A stretch of DNA of 64,000 bases from Pseudovirgaria hyperparasitica (taxonomy: Eukaryota), in assembly GCA_010093815.1 (NCBI GenBank), contig ML996579.1; one strand, 5' to 3'. This document shows positions 25,904 to 39,022 of the stretch, piece after piece (positions within the stretch are counted from its first letter, which is position 1; each line of letters opens with the position of its first letter). Under the pieces are notes generated by a model. That model searched no databases. It saw nothing but the letters and a program-made list of their open reading frames with translations, and was not told the DNA's origin. A program made the position numbers and the translations under genes.

Positions 25904-26519
25904 ACTTACGACACTTGGCTCACCCCGAGGCCAGGCTGATTTGGTATGACAATATCGATGCGCATCGAGACGGGTATCTCAACAATTGGACAGCGGGAAG
26001 ACATAGGCATTCTGGGTGCTGCTTGAGCGTTTGTGGGGCGTTGTTTCCACGTGATGAGCAGGTGCAGCCAGCGGTGACGATGAAAATGCATAGCGGTGCA
26101 CGAAGCCTACGGACTGTGCTCCGGGCCAATCAGATGAAGTCCAGGGCGCGGGCTGGAGATGTGAAGGAGTTGAGAGAAAAGTTCATGCTTTGAGGCCTCG
26201 GAGGGAGAAAAAGAGACGGCAGGATTGGAAGCGTAAGGAAGACGGGCCGAAAGCCAAGGCGGAGTCCAGATGTAGCAGGGCAGTCATCGTTAGGGCTGGG
26301 ATACAGATGCACGAGGGCAAGGTACATGATTGCAGTGTAGCTGTTCGGAAGTGGCTTATGTGGCAAAGCAACGTAGGTTACGCTTATCCCTATTCATCAC
26401 CCTCTCCCTGAGTGTAATTAAAGCATTCACATTGCAGAAACAGGCAGTACTGAGAGCCACGATGATCCAGGTACAGCGGTCTTCGAGGGAGTTAGAATTT
26501 AGAGATAGGATACGAATCG

Positions 26520-26660
26520 TTGATGTTGATGCTGAGACTGACCATGATGCTGCTGGTGCTGGTGCTAATGATCATGACAATGATGATCATGATGATAGTA
26601 CTGATGCTGAGACTGACACCTATACTCATGAAGCTACTGATGTTGATGCTAGTACGTCCT
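26520..26660. repeat. Degenerate (GAT/GCT/GGT)n trinucleotide-like low-complexity tract
   Basis: tgatgttgatgctgagactgaccatgatgctgctggtgctggtgct...; tgatgctgagactgac occurs twice. Confidence 0.6.
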
Positions 26661-26883
26661 CATGTTGCGGGTTGGTGGTGAGGATGTAGATAACTAACAG
26701 GGTGATATTCATGCCTCAGGCTACTAGTCCGTATTTGGCTGCAGGATCTTGCTTTGTCCAAGATGTCTCTATCGACGAACAGACCGATACATTGATTAGT
26801 TTGTCTCTGTATCTTTGTGTATGCATTTGCATTTGCATCTGCATCTGCCCTGTAACAATCACTGCTCCAGTTACTCTTGCAGC

Positions 26884-27992
26884 ATGTCCACACCGTCAAT
26901 TCCATCCATCGCCGTCATAGGCTCCCTGAACGTCGATCTCGTTACCAGAACCCCTCGCATTCCCGCCGGCGGTGAGACATTGGCCTCAAAATCCTTCAAC
27001 ATCGGCTTCGGAGGCAAAGGAGCCAACCAAGCCGTTGCATGTGCCCGCCTATCCCGGACAAAAGTCCAGGCTGCACAGCACGCGGAGACTGATGTTGCTG
27101 TACAGATGGTTGGCGCTGTGGGCACTGATACCTTTGCAGACGACTTCCTGACCAGTCTGAAGGAGGATGGACTTGATGTGTCGCTAGTGGAGAAAGTCGG
27201 CGGATTAAACACGGGCGTAGCGGTGATTCTTGTCGAGGAGGATACTGGCGAGAACAGAATCCTGATTTCTCCTGGTGCGAATGAGGCGATAAGGCCGCAA
27301 GGGCTGTTGCCCAAAGGAGCAGGTGTGGCTGTGTTCCAGTTGGAGATCCCGAAGGATGTTGTTTTCGCCACAATGGCGGAAGCAAAGAAGAAGGGCACGA
27401 TTGTAAGTGGAACGCAAGACAAAGGCCTGATGGTATGAGTGGAACTGCTAATCTGTAAGCAGATCATTCTTAACCCGGCACCCGCTATTCCACTTCCAAA
27501 GGAAGTTTTTCATGGCTTGCATCATCTGATTGTCAACGAAAGCGAGGCTGCAATCCTGTCCCATCGATCTCCCGACCAGATCAATCCAGACGCAGACCTC
27601 TCAGCCATTGCTGGGGAATTCATTGATGCTGGAGTTGGCCATGTCATCATTACTCTAGGATCACATGTATGCACCCTACCACCTCTGTACATTACACAAG
27701 CTGACGAGCCCAGGGGGTCTTCTTCCAAACAGCTACGAAGCATCAACAAAGGACTGTTGGTACTTTGATACCTGCTGAACCTGTCCCCGTTGTTGATACC
27801 ACGGCTGCCGGTGATACCTTTGTAGGCGCATATGCTGTGTCCGTGGCTAGAGCATCGCATGGACCGAATCCTGCAAAGTTCGATATTGCCTCTGCTGTCG
27901 CATTTGCGAATCGAGCTGCTTCAATCACGGTCCAACGACCTGGGGCTCAGTCTGCCATTCCATGGCTAGATGAAGTCTCAATGGTACAATAA
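26884..27992 (+). CDS. RBK1: Ribokinase (PfkB family)
   Basis: IAVIGSLNVDL, GGKGANQAVA, NPAP, NESEA and DTTAAGDTF; introns 27403..27462 and 27667..27713. Confidence 0.94.
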
Positions 27993-28226
27993 ATAAAGCA
28001 ACTGAACAGAACAACGCCACCGAGGTGGTTGTGCAACGAACCACTAATAATCCAAAATGCTCGTCCATGACCATAGCATAGCATAGCTTAACATGAAAAT
28101 AGCTTATTCTGGTTTGACATGTATATATTTTGAGCTAAATCACAGCAACAGCTCGAAGAGTCTGCAGTGATCTATGGTATATGCAGTTTCTACAGCTTGA
28201 CAGGTACAGGCAGGCAGTGGTTATAT

Positions 28227-28992
28227 TTAGTCCTCCTTCTCGTAGATCCAGCTTTGCTGGGCGGACTTCCAGGAGGTAATCTCGCTCTTGTCGAACCAAA
28301 GAGCAATCTCTTTCTGGGCGCTTTCGACAGCATCGGAGCCGTGGCAGACGTTACGGCCAACGTCCTAAGGCATTATGTTAGAAGATGAGAAGTGAGAAGG
28401 CCAAGCAGAACATACAATGCAGTAGTCACCACGGATGGTCCCAGGGGACGACTCGCTGGGCTTGGTGGCACCAAGGATGGCACGGCCAGTCTTGACAACG
28501 TCACGTCCTTCCCAGACCATGGCGCAGATAGCACCGCTAGCCATGTCTATCCTACCGTCAGTATTATTCGGAGCGTAGGGCTTCTTATCGATGGAATGTA
28601 GGGTTGACCGTACAGGAAACAAGGCCGCCAAAGAAAGGCTTGTCACTCAGGTCGGAATAGTGCTTCTCGAGGTGCTCCTTGGAAGCGACGACCATCTTGA
28701 TGGCGACCAATTTGAAGCTGATATCTAAATGAGCTCATTTTCGACATACAGAGCAAGCAGAGTACTCACCCACGGTTCTCGAAGCGAGAGATGATGGGGC
28801 CAATCAGTCCACGCTTGTATGCGTTAATATTTGCTGTCCTTGACATTGATGCTGAAGCATACCTGGACACCATCTGGCTTGACGGCGATGAAACTGGCCG
28901 TGGTAGTCAGCTCTAGCACTATTCGTCGCTGGTCTGTAACAACTTCCAGCTTCACAATTGAAAACGTACGTTTGTTCGTTGATGCCACCCAT
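28227..28992 (-). CDS. NDK1: Nucleoside diphosphate kinase (6 exons; possible 31-aa longer form from ATG 29085)
   Basis: Exons 28992-28970, 28893-28863, 28813-28770, 28717-28614, 28546-28416 and 28364-28227 give [16 protein letters not shown]...[21 protein letters not shown]...WIYE. Confidence 0.96.
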
Positions 28993-29360
28993 TTTGTCTA
29001 GTACACCTTTTGCGATATTATCTTTGATTCGAGCTCGATCTTTGGGTCCGAGATGTTTGAGGAAAGTAGGAGTTTCGCTGGACATGAATAGAGGAGAAAA
29101 TTTGGTGTGTTGTTCTGCCACCCTAGAACTGCAACTTCCATGAAGGTGGGGTCGCGGGGCTTCTTGGCAGCCCGTTATCGGTCAAAGGGAGCTAACCTTG
29201 AAGCAGCTTGGTACCCGACCTGAAAGATTTCCCGACGTTGAGCCGCTTCATGTTGCGCTGTCCCGTCTAGTGAGCAGTCTCGAGGTGTTTTGTTGATAGA
29301 GCTTATGCCCGTCTTCTGTATTGTTCAGGAGGCGGTCAATTATCTTTGATTCAAACCATC

Positions 29361-32300
29361 ATGATTCCACTGAAGGGATCCTCATCATGGACCTCCTGCT
29401 TCGTTGCACTGACAGCTGTCAGCTTCCTGATCACCCCAGCGGGTACGTTTCTTGCTTAAGTCGTGCCGTTGTTTATCGCTTGACTTATGCGTTGTAGTAT
29501 CGGTCAAGCATGCCAACTTCAAAACGTGCGAGCAGTCAGGATTCTGCAAACGTAATCGGCTGTTTGCCGATGCTGCTGACTCTCTTGGGTCCGAATGGCA
29601 ATCCGGATACGCCCTCGATCCTTCCTCAATCAAACTGACTGGCGGCCAATTTACGGGCAACATCTTGAAGTCGATAGTCGGGCTCGAAGAAAAGATTGTA
29701 CTACCACTGACGGTGTCGTTTTTGGAATCTGGCGTTGCTAGGGTCACACTTGACGAAGAGAAGCGCCTGAAAGGCGAAATTGAACTAAGACATGACAGCA
29801 AAGCTAGAAAAGAGCGCTACAATGAAGCTGAGAAATGGGCTATCGTTGGTGGTCTGCAATTAAGCACAAGTGCTGCCATCAATAAGGAAGCTGAGCAAGG
29901 TACTACGAGAGTTTTGTATGGGCCGGCCGGAAGCTTCGAGGCAGTCATTAAACATTCACCCTTCTCAGTCGATTTCAAAAGAGATGGTACTACGCAAATC
30001 AAGTTCAGCGAGCGTGGCTTGCTCAGTATGGAACATTGGCGACCTCAGATTGAGAAGCCCGCACCGCCTGAGGTCAAAGAGGGTGAAGAAGCGCCACCTC
30101 CTCCAGCCGAAGATCCAGATAAGCCTGTGTATGATGAGAGTACATGGTGGGACGAGTCCTTCGGTGGCAATACAGACTCGAAGCCTCGTGGGCCAGAGAG
30201 TGTTGGGCTGGATATCACTTTCCCAGGCTACGAGCATGTATATGGAATACCTTCTCATGCAAGTTCTTTGTCATTGAAGGAGACTCGGTATGTCTTAGCA
30301 TATCTCTAATGGAAGCTGAATTAACTAGGTATCAGTGGCGGCGATGGCCAATATAGCGAGCCGTACCGCTTGTACAACTCGGATGTCTTCGAATACGAAA
30401 TGGACAGTCCGATGACTCTCTACGGAGCGATTCCACTTATGCATGCCCATCGCAAAGATTCCACTGTCGCCATCTTTTGGCTGAATGCAGCTGAAACTTG
30501 GGTGGATATCACAAAATCAAAGTCTACTGCCAACCCTCTGAGTCTGGGAATTGGCTCACACACCGATACTCGCACTCATTGGTTTTCGGAGAGTGGGTTG
30601 CTAGATGTCTTTGTTTTTCTAGGGCCCACCCCCAAAGACATCACCCAAAAGTATGGCGAGCTAACCGGATACACACAACTCCCTCAGTCTTTTGCAATTG
30701 CATACCACCAATGCAGATGGAATTATGTCAGCGACAACGATGTAATTGATGTTGATCGCAAGTTTGACAAGCACAAGATACCATACGACGTAATCTGGTT
30801 GGATATTGAGTACACTCAAGAGAAGAAATACTTTACCTGGGACCCAATGACTTTCGCCAATCCTATCAAGATGCACGATCATCTTGACAAGAAAGATCGG
30901 AAGCTTGTTGCCATCATTGATCCTCACATCAAAAATACTGACAACTATCCTGTTGTCGAAGAGCTGAAAAAGAAGGAACTCGCAGTGAAGAACAAAGAAG
31001 GTAACATATACGAAGGATGGTGTTGGCCGGGTTCTTCCCACTGGATTGACTGTTTCAATCCGGCGGCCATTACGTGGTGGAAGACACTGTTCAAGTACGA
31101 AAAATTCGCAGGTACAGCGCCAAACACATTCATTTGGAACGACATGAACGAGCCTTCTGTGTTTAACGGTCCGGAAACCACAATGCCGAAAGACAATCTG
31201 CATCATGGCAACTGGGAGCACCGAGACGTTCACAATATCAATGGGATGACATTCGTCAATGCCACATACCAAGCCATGGTCGAGCGCAAGAGAGGAGAGC
31301 AACGCCGCCCATTCGTTCTAACTCGTTCCTTTTATGCTGGAAGTCAACGATTGGGTGCCATGTGGACTGGAGACAACCAAGCTAATTGGGATCATTTGGC
31401 CGCATCAATACCTATGGTGCTAAGCCAAGGCATAGGAGGTTTTCCCTTTGCTGGCGCTGACGTGGGAGGATTCTTTGGTAATCCAGAAAAAGACCTGCTC
31501 ACACGGTGGTATCAAGCTGGAATCTTTTATCCGTTCATGCGCGGTCATGCACACATTGACACTCGTCGACGTGAGCCATATCTTGCTGGAGAGCCGTATA
31601 CGGGGATTATCAGTCAAGCACTTCGACTCAGATATGCGCTACTGCCCGCATGGTACACTGCGTTCCACCAGGCCAGCGTCGACGGCTCGCCAATCGTACG
31701 ACCTAACTTCTTCGTTCACCCGACCGATGACAAGGGCTTTGCAATCGACGACCAGTTGTACCTTGGCGATACTGGTCTTCTGGCCAAGCCTGTAACCAAA
31801 GAAGGTGCTGATAGTGTTGACATCTACATCGCCGATGATGAGCCTTACTATGATTATTTCGACTACACTATTTACTTAGGCAAAGGGACGAAAACTATCA
31901 AGGCGCCTTTGGAAAAGATTCCATTGCTTATGCAAGGCGGGCATATCATTCCTCGCCGTGATCGCCCTCGTCGTAGCAGCGGTCTTATGCGTTACGATCC
32001 ATACACTCTCGTCTTGGTACTTGACAAGGAGGGCAACGCCCAAGGTACCCTCTACGTCGATGATGGCGACTCTTTTGACTACATATCTGGTGGTTACATT
32101 CACAGGAATTTTGAATATAGCTCCGCAACTAGCACCCTCCAATCGACCGATCTTAACCCAGATCCTAATGCAAAGGGATCTAAGACGGCCGCATATCTGA
32201 AGACGATGTCGAGCGTCACAGTCGAAAAGATTCTCATTATTAGTGCGCCCAAGGAGTGGAAGCAGCGTACTCAGGTCTCCATTAGCGAAGAGGGTGTCAA

Positions 32301-32436
32301 AGATAGCTTGAAGAAGCGAACAGTCGAGCTCACGTATCATGAAGGGAGCAAAGGTCAAGCCAACTGGGCTGTTGTACGGAAACCAGATCTTTCTATCGGG
32401 AAGGGCTGGAAAATCGACTTTGGCGGTACCGAATAG
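29361..32436 (+). CDS. ROT2: ER glucosidase II alpha subunit (GH31)
   Basis: Signal-peptide-like first exon; introns 29443..29497 and 30288..30335. FKTCEQSGFCKRNR, catalytic WNDMNE, WTGDN and GADVGGF. Confidence 0.96.
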
Positions 32437-34422
32437 AGGAGAATTGTAACGAGATTGATGTATAAGAGATGTAATAGCAACATAAACACTTGAGCAACAC
32501 CTCGGATTGAGCAGTACGAGACTACTGTGTGAAGCAATAGACTGTCTGTAATATACACAATAGACGCCAAGCGCTCAATAGAAACCTCGAAGCCCTTCTG
32601 TGATCCGACACAGCTGGAATATGTCTCTGAGCGAATATGAAACAACGCCGTGCAAAATTGGCGACTGGGCCAATTTACATATCCGTTCCGTCACTAGTGC
32701 AATATGTCAACGGTGATACCTAACGTCTTGGCTCAGTGTAGTATTGGATGCAGCCCAACAAGCCTGGCTTATATACGCAGTCAATCTAAGAGCCTATAGA
32801 TCCGCTGCTTGTATAGCACACTACTCTACTTCAACATCACACAAGATCTTTCTTAGACTTCTGTATATGAGACTTCCTGGTGTCGAGGTCTGTAATTTAG
32901 TCTTCCTCTTGTCATCGTTTCCATTGCAAGGTCATCTCATCACACACTTGCTGCTAACACCTTTTTAAGCAATCGTTATTACGCGAATTCTTCTGTCTCT
33001 GTAGCCACAGGTTCAATAGATTATCCACTCATGATCTTGTGTCAATAACTATAGAGTTCGTGTCGGAATATACTGCGTATGTACGGACACCCAATGACGT
33101 CTCTGTCATGCCATTGCGACTTGACTTTGAGGAACCGTTGCCTTGCTCACTCCTAGCGAGGATTTACACTTCACAACCCACTGACAGTGTTTCTGACATG
33201 GATTCAGATCAATAATGGCTTCAACACTAGAAGACTTATCCTCCGGAGTATTGTGATATTGCGTCTAGTAGCGTATGAACCATGCTTGCAAGTCTAAACA
33301 AGTATATATTACCGCATCTTACATGTAAAACCTTATTAATGTCAAAGTAGATAAATAGTGAGGCAGCAGAAATATGATACAAAAAATTGGCTTCTATGTT
33401 CTTGGTAGTGTTGGGTAGGGCGTGTAGGTTTCGAGTCAAGTGAAGCTGGGTTCAGGTACTCTAAGGAAAGGGGCTTCTGTTGATGTTCCAAAATCGTCAT
33501 GAACGGGATTCTCAGATGGTGCTTGTATCAGGTTTCATGATTAATTATACTTGCATTTCCAAGCTGCGTAGCAGTGATAAATTCCGTTGTCCTCTGCTGC
33601 CTTTGATGTTGGGACCGTTCTGCCAATCGTGCCTGCTGCCATGTCGCCTGTTGTCATTGCACTAAACTCTTTCGGACGGCAGTTTGGCCTCACTTTTCAG
33701 AGGACTTAATTAGTGATTGTTTTCTGCTGCCAACTTACCAAAGCCCTCTACCAATCCGGTTACGCGGCTTTGCTGCCGCTAAGCTATCATAGGATTAACC
33801 TCAGTCAGAAAGATGCTGGCAGAGCAGGGACAATTAATTAGTGCAGGCGCGTCTTGAAACGCGTCTGCCTTGGTGCATTCCAGTTCCAACACTCGATATC
33901 ATCTCGCACGACTCACGAGACGACTTCGCTGGACTTCATCCGATCAGTCGAGCGCTTGGTTTTGTCGACCAGCGAGTGCTCTCGACTAGTCTGCTCACAG
34001 CTCTACCATCTTGAGCTATATACGACAACAACAAAATCGCGTACCAATCCCGTGCGGCGCCGTACTGCCGCCAGTCGTAGACGCTGAGGCGCCCATGTAG
34101 GCAGTTTTGGATCTTGAAAGGAGCGCACGCAGGATAGACGTAGCGCGGCTGACGATCGAAGCAGCGGCCCGCTCCATCCTCCGATCCTTATCTCTTTGAA
34201 CGTTAGTAGACTTCTGCGCATTTTTTGCACGCGTCGCGTTTGCTCTATATGCCGTTCTTTCCTCAAAGTACTCAGAGGAATCAAGTCAGCTTCATCTGCT
34301 GTTCTCACTGCCTGCCTCTCACGACTTGTTAGGAGTTGGCCTGTTCAATATAAACTCCACTCACCTGTTTCTCATCACGTCAGCTCGCTTTCTCTCGCCA
34401 CTTTACAAGCAACATCTATCTT

Positions 34423-36930
34423 ATGGCGGCTCAACCGACCATGCTTCGCTGGCATGAGCGAGGCTGCAAGCATCCTGAAGTCTCTGCTGAAATTGGCGTG
34501 CCGGTTTGCAGATATTGTTTTGCAATGGCTCCCCAGGACACGATTCGAATCGGTCAAACGGCAAACAGGCAGCCAAGGAGGAATCTCAGATGGCCACCCG
34601 CTGTCGTATATACGACTGGACCAGAAGCATCAGAGACGAGCAACGACATGCCTTCGCCTCAAATTACTACGGAACCGAGCGAAAATCAATCAGGATTGAG
34701 GCCACTCTTAAGGTCACAGAGTGACATTCGACTGTTTCGCGTGAAGCCAGGCAGCCCTCACGACTTGATCTATGGAGACATGGAGCTGGTAGATCTTGGA
34801 AGCTCTGATATCCCCGCCTATGACACCGTCTCCTATACCTCCGCTGACGACTCTGGCGAACAGAGCTCAAGTTCGGCGGCGATATACGTCGGAAAATATT
34901 GGGACATAGCATATGTTGCGCAAGCCTGCGAACATGCCCTCAGGAGAGTGAGGAGCCGTAGAACTTCTCGACTGTTCTGGGTGGACGCGCTTTGCCTTGG
35001 CTTCGAGAGCACAAAGGAGAAGGATCATCACATCTTTCAGATGCACAGCATCCACGGCAAGGCATCGAAAGCGATTGCGTACATAGGAGAAGCATCGGCA
35101 GATAGCGCAGAGGCACTGGCGTTCATGGGTCGAGAAGGGAGCGAGCCCGAGCAGATCAGCGAAAGCACACGTAAAGCCCTCGAGTCATTGTTTGCGAGAC
35201 CCTTCTTCTCACGGCTATGGATCCTGCTGGAGATGGTCTTTGCCACAGATATCAACATTCTCTGTGGCCCAGATGCAATCATGTGTCCGATGCTCTCATT
35301 GGCCACACGCCTTGCCAACACCAACGCCCCTACTTGGATCTCGCAACGTCCTGTATGGCGTGACACGCTGTCTCACGCACCTCTCATGGAGATCCTGACT
35401 CTTACCTCAGGCTATCGATGCCTTGATCCCCGTGATAAGGTGTTCAGCCTGCTTGCTTTCAGGGTAAATGATGAAATCGCCTCTGACTACTCGCTCGCTG
35501 TCGAAGAGGTCTACACCGGTCTGGCCGCTTATCTCATTCAGATTCAGCATGCATTCGACATTCTAGTGTTCAGCAGCTCTCACAGCACGCAACACAGCGT
35601 GCCCAATTGGTTGCCCAGTTGGGTGCCCGACTGGTCCCAGAAGCTGGTCACAACATTACCCACGCAGACAGACCTGGAGCACGAAGACTTTGACATGGAG
35701 CATGCCGAGACGGAAACGGCAACTCCGGTCTCCTTCAAAGGCCCGTTCAGAACCGACATCAGTGACGCTGTCCGGATCGATTCTTCCACCGGCTCGCTAC
35801 AAGTCTATGCCTTTCGATTGTGCAAACTTGCCGGGCGAAAGGTGTTTGCAAACGGACAGGCCAAAATTATCATGGAAAGAGGTCAGCGAGGATCACTGGT
35901 CGTCACTGTGAAAGACACGGCCTACGAGCCCAGCAGCGATTGGGTATTCTTACTGCACGGATGGGAGCAGCCAGTCGTCTTAAGGGCTCAGAAGGGCTTG
36001 GAATCTTTCACCTTTGTCTCCACATGCATACTGGCAGTTGGAAGAACGTCAGGAAGTTGTTTCATTTCCTCGAACCAGGGACTCTATGACATGGATGACC
36101 GGATCGAAGCGGCACAGTTCTCGCCAGAGGACTGTGCCAGCTTCGAACAGTTCCATGACGGGCTGACGGAGTTGCATAGAATCCGAGCTATGAACAGTGC
36201 AACTTCTGAGGAGAAGATACTCAGAGTCCTGGATTACAAGCTCTTGTCCCTGACAGGAACTTGGGCGATTGAATCAAGTATGATGAACAAATGGACCCAG
36301 CTCGAGCAGCAGCTAGGCTGGATGTTCTTGGACCAGGCCGCCCTGGGAAACTTCATCGAGAGTTTGGATCACAGAGACGCGCACCAATACCAAGGAAGCG
36401 GTCCAATGCTTGTCGAACCCAATGAGATGGTCGGCTTTTCGAGGTATTGCGGAGCAGAGCTGCGACAGAGTGTGTCCTGGGACATCCGTCGCTTCTGTTC
36501 CACATTTCTTCGACGGCCAGAAGAAACAGCAGCAGCCCCAGATTCGTGGAGCCCCCTCTTTTCGCGATTGCAATCGTCCCTGCCTCAGATTCAAGACTGG
36601 GCGAGTCTGACTGAGCAATTGCTAGGACTTCTGGAGCTATCCAGCATGGTTCTTAGCCGCAGCTGGCCTTTCCCACCTGGTGGCGAACTGTCTGCAAGGT
36701 GGCAGAACTCTTGGGCGGACGGCACCGGAAGTACGGAAGATATCACAAGTAGCACATGCACATGGGACTGGTCGGAGTTCAAGACCACCATGGCTCTTCG
36801 AGCACGGCTGTGGGAGCAATCGTTTCCGGAGCAGCTGGATCCATCAATCAATCATACAATGGCTGTACAACTTGGCTGCCGGGCCATTGAGTTGAATATA
36901 GTCTCGGGCAAGTACATTACGATTGCATAG
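34423..36930 (+). CDS. Heterokaryon-incompatibility (HET, PF06985-like) domain protein with degenerate motifs
   Basis: IRLFRVKPG, AYDTVSYT, ALRRVR..RLFWVDALC, QMHSIHGKASKAIAYIG, FFSRLWILLE, DPRDKVFSLL and LPSWVPDW, in the canonical order of HET-6-like proteins. Confidence 0.85.
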   Translation: MAAQPTMLRWHERGCKHPEVSAEIGVPVCRYCFAMAPQDTIRIGQTANRQPRRNLRWPPAVVYTTGPEASETSNDMPSPQITTEPSENQSGLRPLLRSQSDIRLFRVKPGSPHDLIYGDMELVDLGSSDIPAYDTVSYTSADDSGEQSSSSAAIYVGKYWDIAYVAQACEHALRRVRSRRTSRLFWVDALCLGFESTKEKDHHIFQMHSIHGKASKAIAYIGEASADSAEALAFMGREGSEPEQISESTRKALESLFARPFFSRLWILLEMVFATDINILCGPDAIMCPMLSLATRLANTNAPTWISQRPVWRDTLSHAPLMEILTLTSGYRCLDPRDKVFSLLAFRVNDEIASDYSLAVEEVYTGLAAYLIQIQHAFDILVFSSSHSTQHSVPNWLPSWVPDWSQKLVTTLPTQTDLEHEDFDMEHAETETATPVSFKGPFRTDISDAVRIDSSTGSLQVYAFRLCKLAGRKVFANGQAKIIMERGQRGSLVVTVKDTAYEPSSDWVFLLHGWEQPVVLRAQKGLESFTFVSTCILAVGRTSGSCFISSNQGLYDMDDRIEAAQFSPEDCASFEQFHDGLTELHRIRAMNSATSEEKILRVLDYKLLSLTGTWAIESSMMNKWTQLEQQLGWMFLDQAALGNFIESLDHRDAHQYQGSGPMLVEPNEMVGFSRYCGAELRQSVSWDIRRFCSTFLRRPEETAAAPDSWSPLFSRLQSSLPQIQDWASLTEQLLGLLELSSMVLSRSWPFPPGGELSARWQNSWADGTGSTEDITSSTCTWDWSEFKTTMALRARLWEQSFPEQLDPSINHTMAVQLGCRAIELNIVSGKYITIA

Positions 36931-37042
36931 TGGCTAGTGTTTGGAGAAATGAGCCCGTTCTGAGGGTATAACAAACGGAGACTATTGAAACGTTCTGCGT
37001 GTACCTGGCTTCTTTGCATCGGCCATTTATGTGACGAACTCT

Positions 37043-38244
37043 TCAGGATCTCTGAATATCAACATCTTTCTCCGCCGTTGCTCGTTTGACATAAAGCACA
37101 GCCTGGCCGAATCTTTCTTGGTCCGCAACGCAGTCGTACTCGTCATAAGAGCTCTGAAGAAGCTCCAAGGTACGAGGGGAATCTGCGTCAGCCCTTTGAA
37201 CGGAAGATGTTAATAGGACAGCATCCGCAGAGTCGTTGAACTTACCATAGATACTTTGGATCGGCTTCTTTCATTCTGTCCCAAAACATAATGGCAGGTC
37301 TTGTAAGTTCTAGCGTAACCTGCTTGACGGGCACTTCCGCACTGCATGAGATGACGAGAGTGGAAGTGTCCACTTTCAAGAATGCCTCCGGGTTGTTCAG
37401 AATCGTGATCCCGTGCTTGACGAGTACCGCCATATCTGCCTCGGTGTATTCTGGGTCCTGAGCAAAACATTGAACTTGGTTTCCGAGCAATCGTTGCAGA
37501 GACAGAATCAATGCATGCTGAGACGCTGACCTCACCTGTCCTTCCATCAAGTCCCATGAGATATTGCCACATGCAAATGCGACAATCTGTCGGATCGGCG
37601 CCGAAGCGTTTGCAGCCTTGACGATCGCATGGAGTAATTTCAATTGGTGACTGGCTTCTAAGCTCTTCATGACCGCCATAAAGTGCGCTTCGCACTCATC
37701 GACATCCACTAGCTTTTCTGGGACCTCATTAATTATCTCATGTGTCAACTTGTCTCGCAATGAAACGTAGTGGTAAATCCTCAAGCTGCAGTATGCAATA
37801 CGAGGAACAGACATATCGGTGATAGTTGTCAGACTTTGGAAGGTGAAGTAGTAGATAAATGGAGATTCCCTAAGTCCGTCAGCGAGTGGCCGACCAAGCT
37901 TGTGTCAGAAAAAGCGCGGTTAAAGGGGGATCATACACGATGTATTCATGCTTCGGACCGATGGGAATCGTAGACCCAGTCTCCACGACAAATTCGACTT
38001 CACGTCCATCTAGGCCTCGAATGGACACTGTACCAGCCTCTCCGTCTAGTGCTCGCAACTGCTTCATGAGCCCTTCTATGGCCTCGCGTTCAAAGATTCG
38101 AGCACCGGATCTGTACCATGACTGAATGTTTGACTGGATTTCGGTCAAGGCTTGAGTTCTCTCGCCATCGTACTCAGGATTATCGGATAACTTGTCGTAA
38201 ATCCTGAACTCATCTCCCTGGTAGATACTCTTGCCTATGATCAT
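37043..38244 (-). CDS. SRR1-like domain protein (3 exons)
   Basis: QIVAFACG...SQHALI...CFAQDPEYTEAD...GITILNNPEAFLKVDTSTLVIS..PVKQV...RPAIMFWD. Introns 37936..37870 and ~37245..37193 give a continuous frame ending DADSPR...AVLYVKR...TGA at 37043. Confidence 0.8.
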
Positions 38245-39022
38245 ACTGAACCTTACAGATGCTCGTGAGTATCATGGCTCTCGGGGCACTGCAGCCCAAA
38301 GCTCGTGTTTGTCGCGCGCGAATTGTTCTTGGCAGCGGTGGCTGCTTGGCATCTACAAGTCCGTGCGTTCCAACATCTTGGCATCTACAGTATTCTGACA
38401 TTGAAGGAGGCGGCACAGCTCATTGACAGACTTTCAACCAACACCACGTCGTACTTACAGCTAATGAGACTTACGAGAGCAACGCCGGCCGCGCGACCAG
38501 CGCTTCGCTTCAATCTGCATAGTCTCACAGACTCGCTTGTACCCGAGCTCAGCGCCAGAGCGCATCGACTTGGCTTGATCGGCGTCGAGCTGCCTCCTTA
38601 ACAAACTTTTGAGACCAGTCATTCTCAGTCGCTGAGTGAATTCTGATGTCGGACGTTTTGTTTCAAGCGTTTGATGGCCGCAAAGCGCTTCCCTAGCTCT
38701 CCATGAACGCTCATTCGGGAATTTCAGTTGACCATCTTGCTATAAAGCTGTGGATAGTCAGGCCTCTTGTCTTTCTTTCAATCTCATCTCAATCCAACAA
38801 ATATACTGGCATCTTCTCTCTCTGAACGAATATCACGCCTCTCGGTCAATTCTCAACCCTCAAACACGTGCACCTTTCGGTATCCTTCCTCTAGCATTTT
38901 TTCCGAGACCAAGCATCACTTGCACGCGATAAGTATAGCTCTATCTTTCTTTACAAGTATGGATGATGCAGAAAGTCTCCCACAGCCTTAGCCAGATCGC
39001 TGACAAAAGAATAAGATACAAT

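Noticed and set aside
30661..32358. Long antisense ORFs (213 aa, 160 aa) over glucosidase II; similar ones over epsin, ribokinase and nuo51
   Set aside because: Typical shadow ORFs caused by codon bias of the sense genes.
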